Source: Nitrospirota bacterium (GTDB lineage Bacteria > Nitrospirota > UBA9217). Taken from it: 64,000 nt of DNA. Both the position numbers and the translations under genes were made by a program. Below are positions 62,431-64,000 of the stretch, one piece after another. Numbering within the stretch: position 1 is the first letter of the stretch; each line of letters starts with the position of its first letter. A model generated the notes under the pieces. It was not told where the DNA came from, ran no database searches, and saw nothing but the letters and a program-made list of their open reading frames with translations. The DNA lies in NCBI GenBank assembly GCA_963749655.1, contig CAVVOB010000028.1:224001-288000 (forward strand). The letters are read 5' to 3'.

Positions 62431-62874
62431 ATGGCTGACAAGAAAATGACGTTGGAAGAAGTGAACGAGTACATGAAGAAGCAGTGCGGTTTCGTGCCGA
62501 GGATGTTCCAGATCATCAACACCGTGACCCCGGAACCGGGCAGGACTTTCGCCGACTTCTATGCAAGCATCTTCGGCGACGGGGCACTCTCCCGCAAGGT
62601 GAAGGAGCTCATGTTCATGTCCGGCGGCGTCGCCTACTGCTCGCCGCGCTGCATCATTCACGTGATCCCGGCGATCAACGCCGGCGCGACCACGGGCGAG
62701 ATCTTCGAGGCCGCATCGGTCGGCATGATCCTCGCCGGCTTCGTGCCCGGCGGCCCCGGCATACCCTATGCCTTTGAATATGCCTTGAAGTGCCTTGACA
62801 TCGAGGCCAAGTTCCGCAAGGGCGAGAAGTGGGAATACCTGCCGCAGCCGAAGTTCGATCATGGCGTGTTTTAA
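62431..62874 (+). CDS. Carboxymuconolactone decarboxylase/AhpD-like protein
   Basis: DGALSRKVKELM, CSPRCIIH, AGAT..EIFEA. Confidence 0.8.
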   Translation: MADKKMTLEEVNEYMKKQCGFVPRMFQIINTVTPEPGRTFADFYASIFGDGALSRKVKELMFMSGGVAYCSPRCIIHVIPAINAGATTGEIFEAASVGMILAGFVPGGPGIPYAFEYALKCLDIEAKFRKGEKWEYLPQPKFDHGVF

Positions 62875-62954
62875 CTTTCATACAACGGGGGAGCGTTCTC
62901 GGACCTCCCCCGGTATTTTGGACTTATTAAACAATTCATCCAGCAAAAGCGGTT

Positions 62955-63025
62955 AACCGCAGAGAACGCAGAGGTCGCAGAGATGTCGAAAACATTGAGG
63001 CCGTGCTCTTCTCGGCGTTTCTGCA
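62955..63025. repeat. 9-nt periodic element (3x CGCAGAG)
   Basis: AACCGCAGAGAACGCAGAGGTCGCAGAG with a degenerate inverted half. Confidence 0.65.
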
Positions 63026-63069
63026 GAAAAAAAATAGGTCTATTCCTTGTCGTATGAAAAGGAGTCACG

Positions 63070-64000
63070 ATGTTTCGATTCAACACCGAACAAAAAGTCT
63101 TTTCTCTGGGCGGCATGAAGGTCGGCGGACAGCCGGCCGAGAACCCGCCGCTCCTGATCGCGTCCATGTTTCACAACAAGGACCGGATCGTCACGGACCG
63201 GAAGGGCAACTTCGACCGTGCGGCGGCAACCGCCCTGATCAAGAAGCAGGAAGAGCTCTCGGCCTCCACCGGCATCCCCTCCATGGTGGCCATGGTGGCG
63301 AACTCGCCCGAGGAGGCGAAGATCTACATCGACTTCTACCGAGAAACGACGTCCATGCCCTTCGGCATCGACATGTGGGTCGCGGAAAAACGCGCCCAGG
63401 CCACGGAATACGTCGCGAAGCTCGGCCTCCAGGACAAATTCCTCTACAACAGCATCACGCCCTGGGACAAGGACATCAAGGGCCAGGTGCAGAAGCTCAA
63501 GGACCTCGGGATCAAGCATGTCGTGGTCCAGGCTTTTGACGATACGGACCAGTCCCCCGCCGGCCGGCTCAAGTCGCTCGAGAACATTCTGAGTCAGGGC
63601 GCCGACTGCTTCGAGACCATCATCGTGGACACCTCGGTCATGAATCTGCCGGCAACGTCGTTCTCACTCGTCGCCAACCGCATGATCAAGGAGAAGCTGG
63701 GCCTCCCCTGCGGCGGCGCCTATTCGAACGGCACGCACATGTGGAAAGACGCGAAGACGATCTGGAGCCTGGACGGCTTCAAGGCCATGGACGCCGTGGT
63801 GCAGGGCATGGCCTCGGCGATCTGGAGCGACTTCAACTTCTACGGCCCTATCGTCACGGCGCCCCGGATCTTCCCGGCCGTGGCCGCGGCGCAGGTCCTG
63901 CTCTCGACGCTGGTGTACGACGAGACGAAGAAGATCTCGGAGAACGAGAACGTTCCGATCAGGAAATATTTTTCCGACTTCCTCGGCAAGCTGACCTCGG
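63070..64000 (+). CDS. MtrH/CmuB-like pterin methyltransferase (3' end outside window)
   Basis: Manual translation MFRFNTEQKVFSLGGMKVGGQPAENPPLLIASMFH...LYNSI...IVDT...GLPCGGAYSN...FYGP; AAAGGAG RBS. Confidence 0.85.
   Translation, partial: MFRFNTEQKVFSLGGMKVGGQPAENPPLLIASMFHNKDRIVTDRKGNFDRAAATALIKKQEELSASTGIPSMVAMVANSPEEAKIYIDFYRETTSMPFGIDMWVAEKRAQATEYVAKLGLQDKFLYNSITPWDKDIKGQVQKLKDLGIKHVVVQAFDDTDQSPAGRLKSLENILSQGADCFETIIVDTSVMNLPATSFSLVANRMIKEKLGLPCGGAYSNGTHMWKDAKTIWSLDGFKAMDAVVQGMASAIWSDFNFYGPIVTAPRIFPAVAAAQVLLSTLVYDETKKISENENVPIRKYFSDFLGKLTS

Noticed and set aside
1-64000. CRISPR array, IS element or rRNA
   Set aside because: No regularly spaced repeat-spacer array, transposase or rRNA-like sequence seen

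Overview
A ~58% GC bacterial chromosomal window. Gene content and order suggest an anaerobic Nitrospirota or Desulfobacterota-like organism (inference only). Most of it is housekeeping: HU, ftsH, dksA, rlmI, mfd with PPIases, pgi, mnmE-mnmG-rsmG, two perfect parS sites, parA-parB-bactofilin, purL, cysC and rlpA. Accessory parts: (1) a 3.6-kb low-GC integrative element in tRNA-Val(CAC) carrying a HEPN/ApeA-like protein, an orphan Phd antitoxin and a short tyrosine integrase whose reading frame runs through the att core; (2) a Clp1-like kinase and hcp inserted between rsmG and parA; (3) a J-domain protein with four MshEN-like (c-di-GMP-binding) motifs; (4) at the right end, a sigma54-driven MtaA/CmuA-like + CMD + MtrH/CmuB-like methyltransferase operon next to a CobW GTPase, with a sigma54 two-component system about 7-10 kb upstream. 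The window also has a dispersed family of 7-, 9- and 10-nt periodic palindromes, two heptamer tracts inside purL, and several apparently leaderless genes. Many single-base frameshifts from ~23 kb onward, including in purL, look like long-read indel errors rather than biology.
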